Assembly (NCBI GenBank): GCA_030614005.1
Contig: JAUWKS010000033.1
Coordinates: forward strand, 1 to 32,000
DNA length: 32,000 bases
Reading direction: 5' to 3'
Source: Candidatus Heimdallarchaeota archaeon
GTDB lineage: Archaea > Asgardarchaeota > Heimdallarchaeia > JABLTI01
In this document: piece by piece, positions 9,504-19,272 of the stretch
How positions within the stretch are numbered: the stretch's first letter is position 1
How the letters are laid out: every line of letters begins with the position of its first letter
The notes under the pieces: model-generated
Told to the model about the DNA's origin: nothing
Databases searched by the model: none
Seen by the model: the letters and a program-made list of their open reading frames with translations, nothing else
Program-made: the position numbers and the translations under genes

Positions 9504-10787
9504 TTGGAAGAAAAAATTAGCTCAGATTATGTACCACATAATATCAAAAAAGATTTAAATTTTTTTAAATTAAGCATAGTTATTGGAATAATTGTCTTAA
9601 GCATTTATACAATACGTAAATTCATAAATATCCTATCGATATTTATAATAGAAGGATATAGAATTTTACCTAGTTTTATTTTTTACTTTATACAATCTGC
9701 TATAATAATAACAATGATTCTTATTACTTTAAGCAGTCGAAAAGTTGCGAATATTATACCTGAAAGATCACAAGAAAAAATGAAAAATTTCAGCTTTATT
9801 TATTTCTGTATGGTAATTTTACAACTGTTATATTTAATCTTTGAAATCTTATCGTTATCTCAACTTCTACTTGGTGTTATTGTGTTCTTCATATTCTTGA
9901 TATTTGACATTCTCTTTCTAATAGGCTATGGTGCTTCACTCTACATTTTAGGACAGATGTTTGAGTTAGAAAAGGAATTTTTCGAGAATAAAACGAGAAA
10001 GCTATACTCATTTTATGGTATAATTGCTGTTTATGGAATAATTATGATATTAATTGTTTTTAAATTAATCTTACCATCATATAGTATTAACTTAAGAGAC
10101 TTCATCATAGGTGTAATGGGCATTATTATGTTTGGAGAGATTTATACAATCATAAATAAAATTACATCAGAAATGTTTGATTCAAATAGAGTTGCAAAAT
10201 TTAATGCTGAAAATTTGGTGCAAAATGAACAAATTTCGAAATCTGATACCAGCCATCCTAATGATAAATTATCAAATAAAGATAAGAAAATTACCACCTT
10301 ACTTTGTTTGTTTTTTGGAGAATTAGGGGTGCATAGATTCTATGTTGAAAAACCCCTCTCAGGATTATTATATCTCTGCACAGGAGGAGTTTTTTATTTT
10401 GGTAAAGTATATGATTTCATAAGGATCCTTACAGGAAAATTCACTGATGGTGATGGTAAGTTAATAACAGACAGCTCAACAACAGCACAAGTTACTCAGC
10501 AACCTTCTATACAACATCAATTAGCTACCTCTGAACCAAATATTCAAAATATAAAGCAAGAAATGGATACAGAAATAGAAGCTGTAATAGAAGCTAAACT
10601 AGAGGATAAAATTAACCTTATGACTTCAGGTGAAGTAATTGATCTAAATGATATTGCTAAACAATATAGTTGTAGTACAGAACAAGTGAAGTCAATTTTA
10701 AGGAAACTTCTCTCCAAAAGAAGAATTTGTGGTTCCTTAAACCTCGTCAAAGATATTTTTACAACAAAAGAAATTCAAATAAAATGA
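9504..10787 (+). CDS. Multi-pass membrane protein with a TM2 domain and a C-terminal winged-helix (PCI-like) segment
   Basis: About 6 N-terminal TM helices; TM2 motif LLCLFFGELGVHRFYVEKPLSGLLYLCTGG...YDFIRILTGKFTDGDG; tail IDLNDIAKQYSCSTEQVKSILRKLLSKRRICGSL. Confidence 0.75.
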   Translation: MEEKISSDYVPHNIKKDLNFFKLSIVIGIIVLSIYTIRKFINILSIFIIEGYRILPSFIFYFIQSAIIITMILITLSSRKVANIIPERSQEKMKNFSFIYFCMVILQLLYLIFEILSLSQLLLGVIVFFIFLIFDILFLIGYGASLYILGQMFELEKEFFENKTRKLYSFYGIIAVYGIIMILIVFKLILPSYSINLRDFIIGVMGIIMFGEIYTIINKITSEMFDSNRVAKFNAENLVQNEQISKSDTSHPNDKLSNKDKKITTLLCLFFGELGVHRFYVEKPLSGLLYLCTGGVFYFGKVYDFIRILTGKFTDGDGKLITDSSTTAQVTQQPSIQHQLATSEPNIQNIKQEMDTEIEAVIEAKLEDKINLMTSGEVIDLNDIAKQYSCSTEQVKSILRKLLSKRRICGSLNLVKDIFTTKEIQIK

Positions 10788-10932
10788 AAGTAGAGATGAT
10801 TAAATCTCCTATTCTTTCTTTTTTCTCTTTATTAAAACCGATTTGCTCTATATCTTTCAATTTAACTGACAAATTTTTATTTAAATAAAGTACATCACAC
10901 TGCTTCCTTGTTAAGCACAAATTACAAAAATA

Positions 10933-11673
10933 ATGAAGAGCTACTCTTTTATTATGTCTGAAAAGAATTTTGTAAAATTATGTGGAGTAAGCTCTATTAT
11001 CAGTGCATTTGCATATATTGGCACGGTTATTTTTTCTAGTGTAGCAGGAGTAGTAAATCCTGAAAACCTCACAGGAATGGCTGCTTTTTTGCAAAACTGG
11101 TATGATGCAAGAGTGCTGATGTCCGCTTATGGATGGTTCGGTATTTTAGGGTCACTCTTTACTTTACCTCTCATAGTAGGAATGTATCAAGTACTAAGAA
11201 AACAAGCACCTTGGCAATGGGCACCTATTGCAATTATCTTTCATGGGGTACTATTGCTAACTATTGCATATACTATACCTCTAGTGATTTCCTTTAATTT
11301 AGCTCCAAGATTTGTTACTGAAACTCAACCAGAACTATTATCTTCAATAATGGTTACAACAGAAGTATTACGAACTATAGAAGATGTTTGTGTAAAAGTT
11401 GGAACAATTTTAACCCTACTAACAGGAATAAGCATTATGGCAATCATCGATTGGAAAGAATCGAGATTCCCAAGAGGAATAAATATTCTAGCAATTGTAA
11501 CTGGTATAATCAGTTTATCTTTCCTTGGAACTTTTACCACAACTGGAATAGTTTACACTATCTTCAATATAACGTCCATTGTTAGTTTAGGATTGATGCT
11601 ATTGTGGATGATAGCAATAGGAATAGTAATGATTTTACCAATGAAAGCTGTTGAAAGTGAAGAAGAGAAGTGA
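10933..11673 (+). CDS. DUF4386-like multi-pass membrane protein
   Basis: About 6 TM helices with G-rich packing pattern; recognisably homologous to 13511..14269 (shared LAPxFV...PE). Confidence 0.6.
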   Translation: MKSYSFIMSEKNFVKLCGVSSIISAFAYIGTVIFSSVAGVVNPENLTGMAAFLQNWYDARVLMSAYGWFGILGSLFTLPLIVGMYQVLRKQAPWQWAPIAIIFHGVLLLTIAYTIPLVISFNLAPRFVTETQPELLSSIMVTTEVLRTIEDVCVKVGTILTLLTGISIMAIIDWKESRFPRGINILAIVTGIISLSFLGTFTTTGIVYTIFNITSIVSLGLMLLWMIAIGIVMILPMKAVESEEEK

Positions 11674-11796
11674 TTCTCTCTTTCATTTCTACTTTTTTTC
11701 AAGAATTTTGAATGAAAAATTGTTTCTTCAAACTAATCAATAAAAAACGAATTTCTATCCAAATAAATAAGTAAACAAAATAGAAAAAAGAAAATT

Positions 11797-13293
11797 TTAT
11801 TTGAATGAAATTTCTGAACAAGAATGAGTAGAGATTTTCTTTCGTTTCCGATTCAAAAGAATAGGAATTATAATTGAAATAGTAAATGACAGTATCAAAA
11901 ATGGTAATCTAGGCATCGAAATAATCCTTGTCTCATTTATTGTATGATATTGTATCTCAGGAGCTACTACTACTAGAGAAGCGGTTTTTATTCCAAAGTG
12001 ATCAATTTTCCAAAGAAATACTTGAAAACCATTTTGTCCATCATTCACATACCATGAGATAATCATTTCAGATTCCATATCAAGAATAATCTTAAGATCA
12101 AAAATAGCTGGACCCCAAAAACAATATTCATTCTTTAAAAATCGAATTAGTAATTTTGTTTCTATGTGAGATTGATTTTGAGTTGGACTAAAGAGTGAAT
12201 AATAAATTTCAACGGGATCGTAAATTGCAATACTCGCAGATAATGAAGCTATGTGAGTAGAATTCAAACAAACAGTTGTATCTGTGAAAAAATGATCATT
12301 CAAAGTTCCTGAATCACCCAAACTTCCATCAGAATTTAACAGAAATGATTCATGATAGTAAAACTGTGTAGTATCATTATGCACTCGCCAACAGAAATAG
12401 AATGTATTTTCAACCTTATGCAAACGAGCATAGTGGATGAGCATATCTGTAGTATCAAATAGTAAATTTCTACTCTGTTCTATTATACTTGTTGCGCCTA
12501 TAGTATATTTAATGCTAGAAATACTCTCAGAGTCATCATCTACACAGAGAACTAGAGCATCTCCTTCACTATCTAATAATAAATCTTGAACTTGACCCAG
12601 TTCTGTAGGGATTTCAGTTGAAGCTTTGATATTTCCGTCATTATTCATCAGATAGTAAAAATTATCCTTTATTAACAGATGAATTGAATCCGTTTCATCT
12701 AGTAATAATCCTCTAATTGAATCGTGAGGGCAATAATTTGAATTCCCAGCTTGTTCAAACGTATGTACAATTTTTGGTGTTATTATTGTTTCTAAGTTTG
12801 TATTTAATTTTTGATAAAAGATATTTATTCTTTGAGGTATACTAAATTCAATTAAACACCAGAATAAATGCAAGTTATTTACAGAATCGATAAGTAATTG
12901 ATGTAATCCAAGATCATATTCATTATTTAATGCTAAAGAATCTGTATCAAGCACTATTTGAGAACCCTTTACAAGACTTAGATTGGAAGAAAATTCTGAA
13001 ATTAATAAGTTCTTTTCTCCTTCTCGCCACATAATAAATATGTGGTTATTACTTGAACAAACTGTTCTTGGATTATGAACCTCGGCAGTATCTCCTGAAA
13101 TAAGATAATCGGATCCATTCTCAGCAGTAATTTGATTGGATATATCCAACTCTCCACTATCATTTCTTATAGTGTCAGGTGTATTAACAATTATTTTCAT
13201 TGGGTGAGATTTAGTTTGAACTGAATCAAATGAAACTAAAATTAGGATTATTACCAGAATAAAAAGAGTAATTATTTTAGATATCCTTTTCAT
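11797..13293 (-). CDS. Hypothetical secreted beta-rich protein with C-terminal TM anchor
   Basis: Signal peptide; repeated short strands ending in W/F (HIFIMWRE, NLHLFWCL, FYFCWR, IISWYV) suggest a beta-propeller; TM followed by NRKRKK near the C-terminus. Confidence 0.65.
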   Translation of the reverse strand: MKRISKIITLFILVIILILVSFDSVQTKSHPMKIIVNTPDTIRNDSGELDISNQITAENGSDYLISGDTAEVHNPRTVCSSNNHIFIMWREGEKNLLISEFSSNLSLVKGSQIVLDTDSLALNNEYDLGLHQLLIDSVNNLHLFWCLIEFSIPQRINIFYQKLNTNLETIITPKIVHTFEQAGNSNYCPHDSIRGLLLDETDSIHLLIKDNFYYLMNNDGNIKASTEIPTELGQVQDLLLDSEGDALVLCVDDDSESISSIKYTIGATSIIEQSRNLLFDTTDMLIHYARLHKVENTFYFCWRVHNDTTQFYYHESFLLNSDGSLGDSGTLNDHFFTDTTVCLNSTHIASLSASIAIYDPVEIYYSLFSPTQNQSHIETKLLIRFLKNEYCFWGPAIFDLKIILDMESEMIISWYVNDGQNGFQVFLWKIDHFGIKTASLVVVAPEIQYHTINETRIISMPRLPFLILSFTISIIIPILLNRKRKKISTHSCSEISFK

Positions 13294-13510
13294 TATAATA
13301 AGTGTCTCCCAAATATATTATGATCTTTTTATAATTAAATTATTCTATATTTTTAAATTTTTAAATAATTTTTGAGAGTTTTTAACGATGAAAAAAGAGC
13401 AACTGAAGAAGAAAAGCAATTTTTTGTTATTTATTCTCTTTTTTCATCAAATTAGCTAAAGTATGATTCCTTTTATATTGATGGCGCACTAATGATATTT
13501 GTAGTAGCAA

Positions 13511-14269
13511 TTGCTGAAGACTAATTGGTTGGAGAAATCGTTATTGAATAAAAGTCGAGAAACACTTACAATCATTGGAGCCATATCGGCAATAATTGCT
13601 ACAATATGCACAATAGCAGTTATAGCTTTAAGTTTTGTTATGACCAATAGTATTCAAACTCCAGGAATAGAAGCCTATATTGTTATGATAAATGACTTGT
13701 CTACTTTAAACCTGTTGGAGGCGATATTTGGCATTATGAGTGGAGTATTCATTATTCCTGCAGCAATTGGCTTTTTGTTCTTTCTGCGATCGAAAATAGA
13801 CGAAAGAAAACAAAAAATACTCATTTTACCAACGATTACATTTATTCTTGGAAGTGGATTATTAATAGCACTTTATATAATTAAAATAAAAATTATTTTT
13901 GAACTGGCACCAAGTTTTGTTGCAGCGATAGAACCGGAAAAAACACAATTATTAACTCAATTCAATGAGTTAAATTTAATCATAGATATTATTCAATCAA
14001 TAGCTTATATTTTCGTTTATACTTTAGGAGCAGGTACTTACGGATTACTTATTGTAAAAATTGATGAATTAAAAGGCACTCTTGGTTGGACCGCTATTTC
14101 AAGTGGTATTTTTGCTCTACTAGTTTTTGGACTATTTATTGATGGTACATTTGGAGTAATCTTGCAACTTGGTGCTCAAATAGGATCAATAATGTTCTTC
14201 TTTTGGTTGATCAGTATGGCCTATGCTATTCTCTTTCTGCGAAGAGAAGCAAAGAAAGAAACTCTCTAA
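13511..14269 (+). CDS. DUF4386-like multi-pass membrane protein (paralog of 10933..11673)
   Basis: About 6 TM helices; FELAPSFVAAIEPE vs FNLAPRFVTETQPE. Confidence 0.6.
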   Translation: MLKTNWLEKSLLNKSRETLTIIGAISAIIATICTIAVIALSFVMTNSIQTPGIEAYIVMINDLSTLNLLEAIFGIMSGVFIIPAAIGFLFFLRSKIDERKQKILILPTITFILGSGLLIALYIIKIKIIFELAPSFVAAIEPEKTQLLTQFNELNLIIDIIQSIAYIFVYTLGAGTYGLLIVKIDELKGTLGWTAISSGIFALLVFGLFIDGTFGVILQLGAQIGSIMFFFWLISMAYAILFLRREAKKETL

Positions 14270-14336
14270 ACGAGCACTTGCCATTTATAGATTAAATAGA
14301 AAAAAAGTAGCAAAAATGATTAGCTACATAAAATAT

Positions 14337-15026
14337 TCATCTGCTTAATTTTATAGAAAACTCTATCGCATAAACTATCTGATTTATACTTAAACAGAGA
14401 ATACCAATAAAATAGAACAATCCACTTAGAGCACCTATGTTAAGAAGAGCTAGAATTAAACTAATTCCAATAACAGGAATCCAAACAGGTAAAACATATG
14501 CAGAAATTGCTTTCAAGTTAATAGTACTTTCTCCTTCAGCTAGTTTACTCTTTGTAAATGTAACAACAAACTGCACTAGTATTACAAGAATCATTTTGAG
14601 AGTAACATAAGAATAGCTGATATATGCATAATAAAATACCATATCAGTGAAAGTAACAGTGACAATTGTGTATAGAATTACATCTATTATATTGATGAAC
14701 ATTATAAAAATAAAAGTCATAGCACCAATTAATAATGGTATTTTTGCAGAACCTTGTACCAATCTTGAAGTACCAATAAAACCTATTGTTAAAGTAAGCA
14801 TTCCAATGAGTAATATATAACTATAAATCATAGTTCCGATATGCGCAATTAATATAGTTATAAGTCCAACACCTCTACAATGAAAAATAATTTCAATTAT
14901 AGAATAGAAAATTAGAAATAAGTGGCTAATACCAATAATTATTGTACCAGTCTTTATTAACTTCTTTAACCAATTAACCTCATTAGGAGGATTTGAGCGT
15001 TTGATAGTATTTTCTTCAACGTACAT
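14337..15026 (-). CDS. Hypothetical multi-pass membrane protein
   Basis: About 6 hydrophobic segments; candidate TTTATATA box at 15064-15071. Confidence 0.65.
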   Translation of the reverse strand: MYVEENTIKRSNPPNEVNWLKKLIKTGTIIIGISHLFLIFYSIIEIIFHCRGVGLITILIAHIGTMIYSYILLIGMLTLTIGFIGTSRLVQGSAKIPLLIGAMTFIFIMFINIIDVILYTIVTVTFTDMVFYYAYISYSYVTLKMILVILVQFVVTFTKSKLAEGESTINLKAISAYVLPVWIPVIGISLILALLNIGALSGLFYFIGILCLSINQIVYAIEFSIKLSR

Positions 15027-15176
15027 TTAGTAATGTTCCCCAAACCCATCTGACATTATAGAGTATATAAACGCTTACAAAAAAATCATGACAAAAATAA
15101 TTGTTTTAACCAATGTTGGTAAAAAGACAAATTACTTTTAAAAGATAAATAGCAATTATATTAGGGGGAAATTCGA

Positions 15177-16976
15177 TTGTTTTCCAAGAAAAAACTCAAA
15201 TTAACAATTATTAGTTTTATACTCTTATCGGGATTTCTAACAATTGGATCTAATCGTTACTTTTCTGTTTCAGGAACAGATTGGTCGATAGAAGATACAT
15301 TTACTGCTAATGGAGATATTTTCCATACAGATATTACTACAGCAGTTAATCCGAGTGTAGTTCATATTCTCTTGAATTTTACAACTGCGACAGAAGCAAC
15401 TATATCACTTTCTGTTTATAATATAACTGCCGGAAATAATACTCAAATTTGGAATTCAGGATATGTGGCTTACACTGAGAGATTCGAAAAATCAATTCAT
15501 CTCAATATTACTGTGGAATCGACAGGAGGATCATATCCTGCTGAATTTAAGCTATTTATTCATGAGAATGAAATTGAATTATTAACAGATGAAGAAGAAT
15601 ACACTTGGAAAGAAACTTTTTACGCAAGTGGAGATTTCAACTATCTAGAAATCACTTATACTGAAATGACAATTGTTAATATTCACACTCAATTAGATAT
15701 TACTGGATTAGATGATTTTGAGCTTCACACCAAAGTTTCTCCAGATTATTATGAAGGATGGATGTACTTGGATGGTCCTGAAGAAGAAGAAACACATCTG
15801 ACCTTTCAAGCAGATCCTGGAGATGTATGGACAATCTATTTTGAGCTAATTGGGAATCCGGATTATTTCCCAATGAATTTTACAGTATATATAGACACAA
15901 CAGACAAAGTTATTGTTGATTCAACAACTGAAACGTACACTAATTCGTTATCAGAAGAAAACCAAGTTGATCTATATTCAATTGATGTTACTGAAACACC
16001 TCAAAAACTTCGCTGGCATTATGTTGCTAATTATACTCTTACAATAGACATCTATAATGAAACCGAGCAATTATATCATGACTGGGATGAAGGAGATCAT
16101 ATTACATTCGTAAATATTGATACTTACCTCTTCAAAGTTTCTTGGGAAACTCCAATCGCAGGTGTAAAAAACAATTATACTTTACGAATGCAATTAGGAA
16201 ATGTTGTAATTGATTTAGTACCAGAAACTATTACTATTATTGATGATATATTCTTTGGTGGACTTGATGAACAGCCTGGATTTACTGTGAATATTCCTTC
16301 AGGTGTTTACCAACTTAAAATAATTGAGCTAGGTGATCGTCATGAATGGGAGCTCGATTTTACTAATGGTTACACAGATAGCTGGAAAAATTATTACTAT
16401 ACAATAATCATAATCGTTCCACCATTTCCAATTCAGGTTCATAATTGGAAGGAGTTAGTTTATTCAAAACTAACGAACACAACTTGTTCCTTCAATTTTA
16501 TACTAGATCGACACGGGTCGAGTTCAGATTATGAAATTGGCTTTTTAATAAGAGAATATACACTACCAAATGACCTAGTGCAAGAAAACCTTGATGGAGA
16601 TCTTCGTAATTTTCAAGATTTCGATTTCTATCGAGTAAACCTACAAGAGACTCAATTTTTAAATATGAGTCTCAATAGCCAGATATTTCTAGCACAAGAA
16701 TTGTCTGTTGAAATCTTTGATGAGGATTTTATTCATCAAGGTATTTGGGAAATAAATCATTCCTCTTATGGAATCTTTGAACCCACATTTGCTGGGTATT
16801 ATTATCTGAAAATTATGCCCAATGATAATGACACATATTCTTATTCTCTTACAATTAAAATTTTAGAAGTAACGAAAAAAGGTTCTGGATTGAATTTTGG
16901 ATATTCGTTACTAAGTATACTATCATTAGAATTAATAATAATGATTTATATGAAAAAGAAGTCACAGAAAAAATAG
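15177..16976 (+). CDS. Large acidic modular surface protein with PPC-like beta-sandwich domains and C-terminal TM anchor
   Basis: Signal peptide; repeated modules; GDLRNFQDFDFYRVNL...GYYYLKI is a pre-peptidase C-terminal (PPC)-like pattern; ends with TM then KKKSQKK. Confidence 0.75.
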   Translation: MFSKKKLKLTIISFILLSGFLTIGSNRYFSVSGTDWSIEDTFTANGDIFHTDITTAVNPSVVHILLNFTTATEATISLSVYNITAGNNTQIWNSGYVAYTERFEKSIHLNITVESTGGSYPAEFKLFIHENEIELLTDEEEYTWKETFYASGDFNYLEITYTEMTIVNIHTQLDITGLDDFELHTKVSPDYYEGWMYLDGPEEEETHLTFQADPGDVWTIYFELIGNPDYFPMNFTVYIDTTDKVIVDSTTETYTNSLSEENQVDLYSIDVTETPQKLRWHYVANYTLTIDIYNETEQLYHDWDEGDHITFVNIDTYLFKVSWETPIAGVKNNYTLRMQLGNVVIDLVPETITIIDDIFFGGLDEQPGFTVNIPSGVYQLKIIELGDRHEWELDFTNGYTDSWKNYYYTIIIIVPPFPIQVHNWKELVYSKLTNTTCSFNFILDRHGSSSDYEIGFLIREYTLPNDLVQENLDGDLRNFQDFDFYRVNLQETQFLNMSLNSQIFLAQELSVEIFDEDFIHQGIWEINHSSYGIFEPTFAGYYYLKIMPNDNDTYSYSLTIKILEVTKKGSGLNFGYSLLSILSLELIIMIYMKKKSQKK

Positions 16977-16994
16977 ACTTCTATTTTCCTTTTT

Positions 16995-17555
16995 TTATTC
17001 GATTACTACATCTACTTCCTCGTTTTCTAAATCATCTTTATCTTCTTCATCTTCATGCCAAAGATCATCATCTATTCGTTTACGATGTTCTTTTTGAGAT
17101 ATTTTACTTTTCATGGATTTATTTTTATCATGACCGATTTCAATTGAGGTGGTTATAGTTGATTTTATACTAATCCTACTTTTAAGATAACCTTGGTAAA
17201 TATCTGGTAAGCTATTAGCAATAGATGCGAGATCACCTTTTTGTTTATCACGCAAAACAGCAATAGATTTTTTAAAATGAGATTTAACTTTTTCTGGATT
17301 AAAATCATCCTTTTTAAAAACAGCTGTTAGAGATGCTAGTATAGCTTCTTCATTTGATGGAATTAGAAAAACATAACTTGCAAAAAAGCGTTTGCCAATT
17401 TTTGATGAAATGAAATCCCCTTCCATTGCTCCAAATGGTAAGCTCACTGCGGGTAAATTTTTGACTTTTCGTTTAAAGAGTAAATCAGGAATTATCCTGA
17501 TTATTTCCAAACCAGTCTTACTTTTTACAATCAGACAGATACATTCTGGTTTCAT
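16995..17555 (-). CDS. Hypothetical cytoplasmic protein, possible longin/uDENN-like fold, acidic tail
   Basis: Predicted order beta-beta-alpha-beta-beta-beta-alpha-alpha by residue pattern; SLPFG after helix 1; D/E-rich C-terminus. The CDS is likely; the fold is inferred. Confidence 0.65.
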   Translation of the reverse strand: MKPECICLIVKSKTGLEIIRIIPDLLFKRKVKNLPAVSLPFGAMEGDFISSKIGKRFFASYVFLIPSNEEAILASLTAVFKKDDFNPEKVKSHFKKSIAVLRDKQKGDLASIANSLPDIYQGYLKSRISIKSTITTSIEIGHDKNKSMKSKISQKEHRKRIDDDLWHEDEEDKDDLENEEVDVVIE

Positions 17556-17859
17556 TTTCTCAAACTCAAGATATTTTTGCTAGGATAAATTAAAATGTAT
17601 TTCTCTTATTTAAAAATGATTAGCGGTAAAAATGAACCTAAGTTCTATGTTAAAAAACTTTATTTATCTGTGTTTTATTGTATAAATGGAGGGTATTTTA
17701 ACTAAGTATAGTAATTTGAAGCTCTTATTTTGTCAAGAATCAAATTAGTATTGCTACATAGCTTAACAGAATACAATATTTACAGTCGCAAATAAAATCT
17801 GAAAATCAAATACTAACCGTTGTTAAGAGATTCTCAATATTTATTTTGGAGGGTAATAT

Positions 17860-18501
17860 ATGAAAAAGAAAATTATGATTGGAATTTTAGGCATATTACT
17901 ATGTATTATGATACTACAGATTTCTCCAATTAGAGGAGCAAATTTTAAAATCGATGATGATATTGCAGATCTAGAATATCACAATAATTCAACAGAGGGG
18001 AACCCAGGTCCGAATATTCATTCTGAAATTGATATTGCATCTGTGGAAATAGACGGAGTTTCAATATTAATTACTTTCGTTGAAACGCCCAAAGGGGATA
18101 ATGATACTAGATATATAGTTCGTGTCTATTGGGATGGTGATGATTTTCTTGGGAATTGGACAAAATGTCAATGGGGAGAATCATCAAACTCAATTCATAC
18201 ACATTTTGAAAATAGCACCAGTGGAGAAATACTTGATGAATATGTAGATGATGTAATAGGTGCAGCTGGCAAAATAATTGTTATACCTATATACCATACA
18301 GACTTGATTGCAAATATTATGGATCCACACATTGTTGCTGTTGATACCCAATTTAGGGTTGCTGTAGGAGAATCTTATACTGATGAGCTAGACTATGCAA
18401 CAGGTACCTTTCCCTTTCCTGGATTCACTTCATGGATTACAATTGGTGGAATATCTCTAATAGTAATGATAGGTTTACTAGTGAAAAAGAAGAAAAGCTA
18501 G
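17860..18501 (+). CDS. Secreted surface protein with PGF-type C-terminal sorting signal (copy 1 of a tandem pair)
   Basis: Signal peptide ending IRG; ends TFPFPGF-TM-KKKKS; GGAGGG RBS at 17848-17853. Confidence 0.85.
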   Translation: MKKKIMIGILGILLCIMILQISPIRGANFKIDDDIADLEYHNNSTEGNPGPNIHSEIDIASVEIDGVSILITFVETPKGDNDTRYIVRVYWDGDDFLGNWTKCQWGESSNSIHTHFENSTSGEILDEYVDDVIGAAGKIIVIPIYHTDLIANIMDPHIVAVDTQFRVAVGESYTDELDYATGTFPFPGFTSWITIGGISLIVMIGLLVKKKKS

Positions 18502-18626
18502 CTTTTTAGTGAATTCTTCTTTCTATACTTTTTTTAAATGATTAGCTGTTAAACTGAATTTTAAATAAATATTATAAAAAAACTTTATTTATATTGTTTT
18601 TCATTATTTATATTGGAGGGTATTAT

Positions 18627-19272
18627 TTGAGAAAAAAAAATATGATAGAAATTATTGGAATATTACTTTGTATTTTGATACTACAAATCTCTCCTATTCG
18701 AGGAGAAATTTTTAAAATCGATGATGATATTGCAGATCTTGAATATCACAATAATTCAACAGAGGGCAACCCAGGTCCGAATGTTCATTCTGAAATTGAT
18801 ATTGAATCTTTGCAAATAAACGGTGAAGAAATAGCAGTTTCTTTCGTTGCTACACCTATTGTCGATGAAGATATTTTTTATTTAATTCGTATCTATTGGA
18901 CAGGTGATGATTTTCTTGGGAACTGGACAAAATGTTGGTTGAAGGGCTCAGATAACTATGTTCATACTTTTATTGAAGATAGCTCCGGTGGAGAAATAAC
19001 TGATACACATGAATATGATGTAATAAGTATTGTTGGTTCTTCTTTAATTATGCCTTTATACAACATATCATTGATCACTAACATGTTTGATCCCTGGTAT
19101 TGTTAAGGTATGGACTCAATTAACCATTGTAGAAGGAGAAGAAAATTATGTTGATCATTTAGACTATGCAACAGGTACCTTCCCCTTTCCAGGATTCACT
19201 TCTTGGATTACTATGGGTGGAATATCCCTAATAGCAGTGATAGGTTTACTAGTGAAAAAGAAGAAAAACTAG
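18627..19272 (+). pseudogene. Copy 2 of the PGF-anchored surface protein, split by one extra base at 19092-19094
   Basis: TTG start after GGAGGG. The ORF-track pieces 18594..19106 and 19087..19272 join into one collinear paralog of 17860..18501 if one C of GATCCCTGGT is removed (giving DPGIVKV). Confidence 0.85.

Noticed and set aside
8579-11585. ORFs 8579..8872, 9170..9391, 10544..10750, 11325..11540, 11388..11585
   Set aside because: Shadow ORFs of mvaD, the TM2 protein and the DUF4386-like gene.
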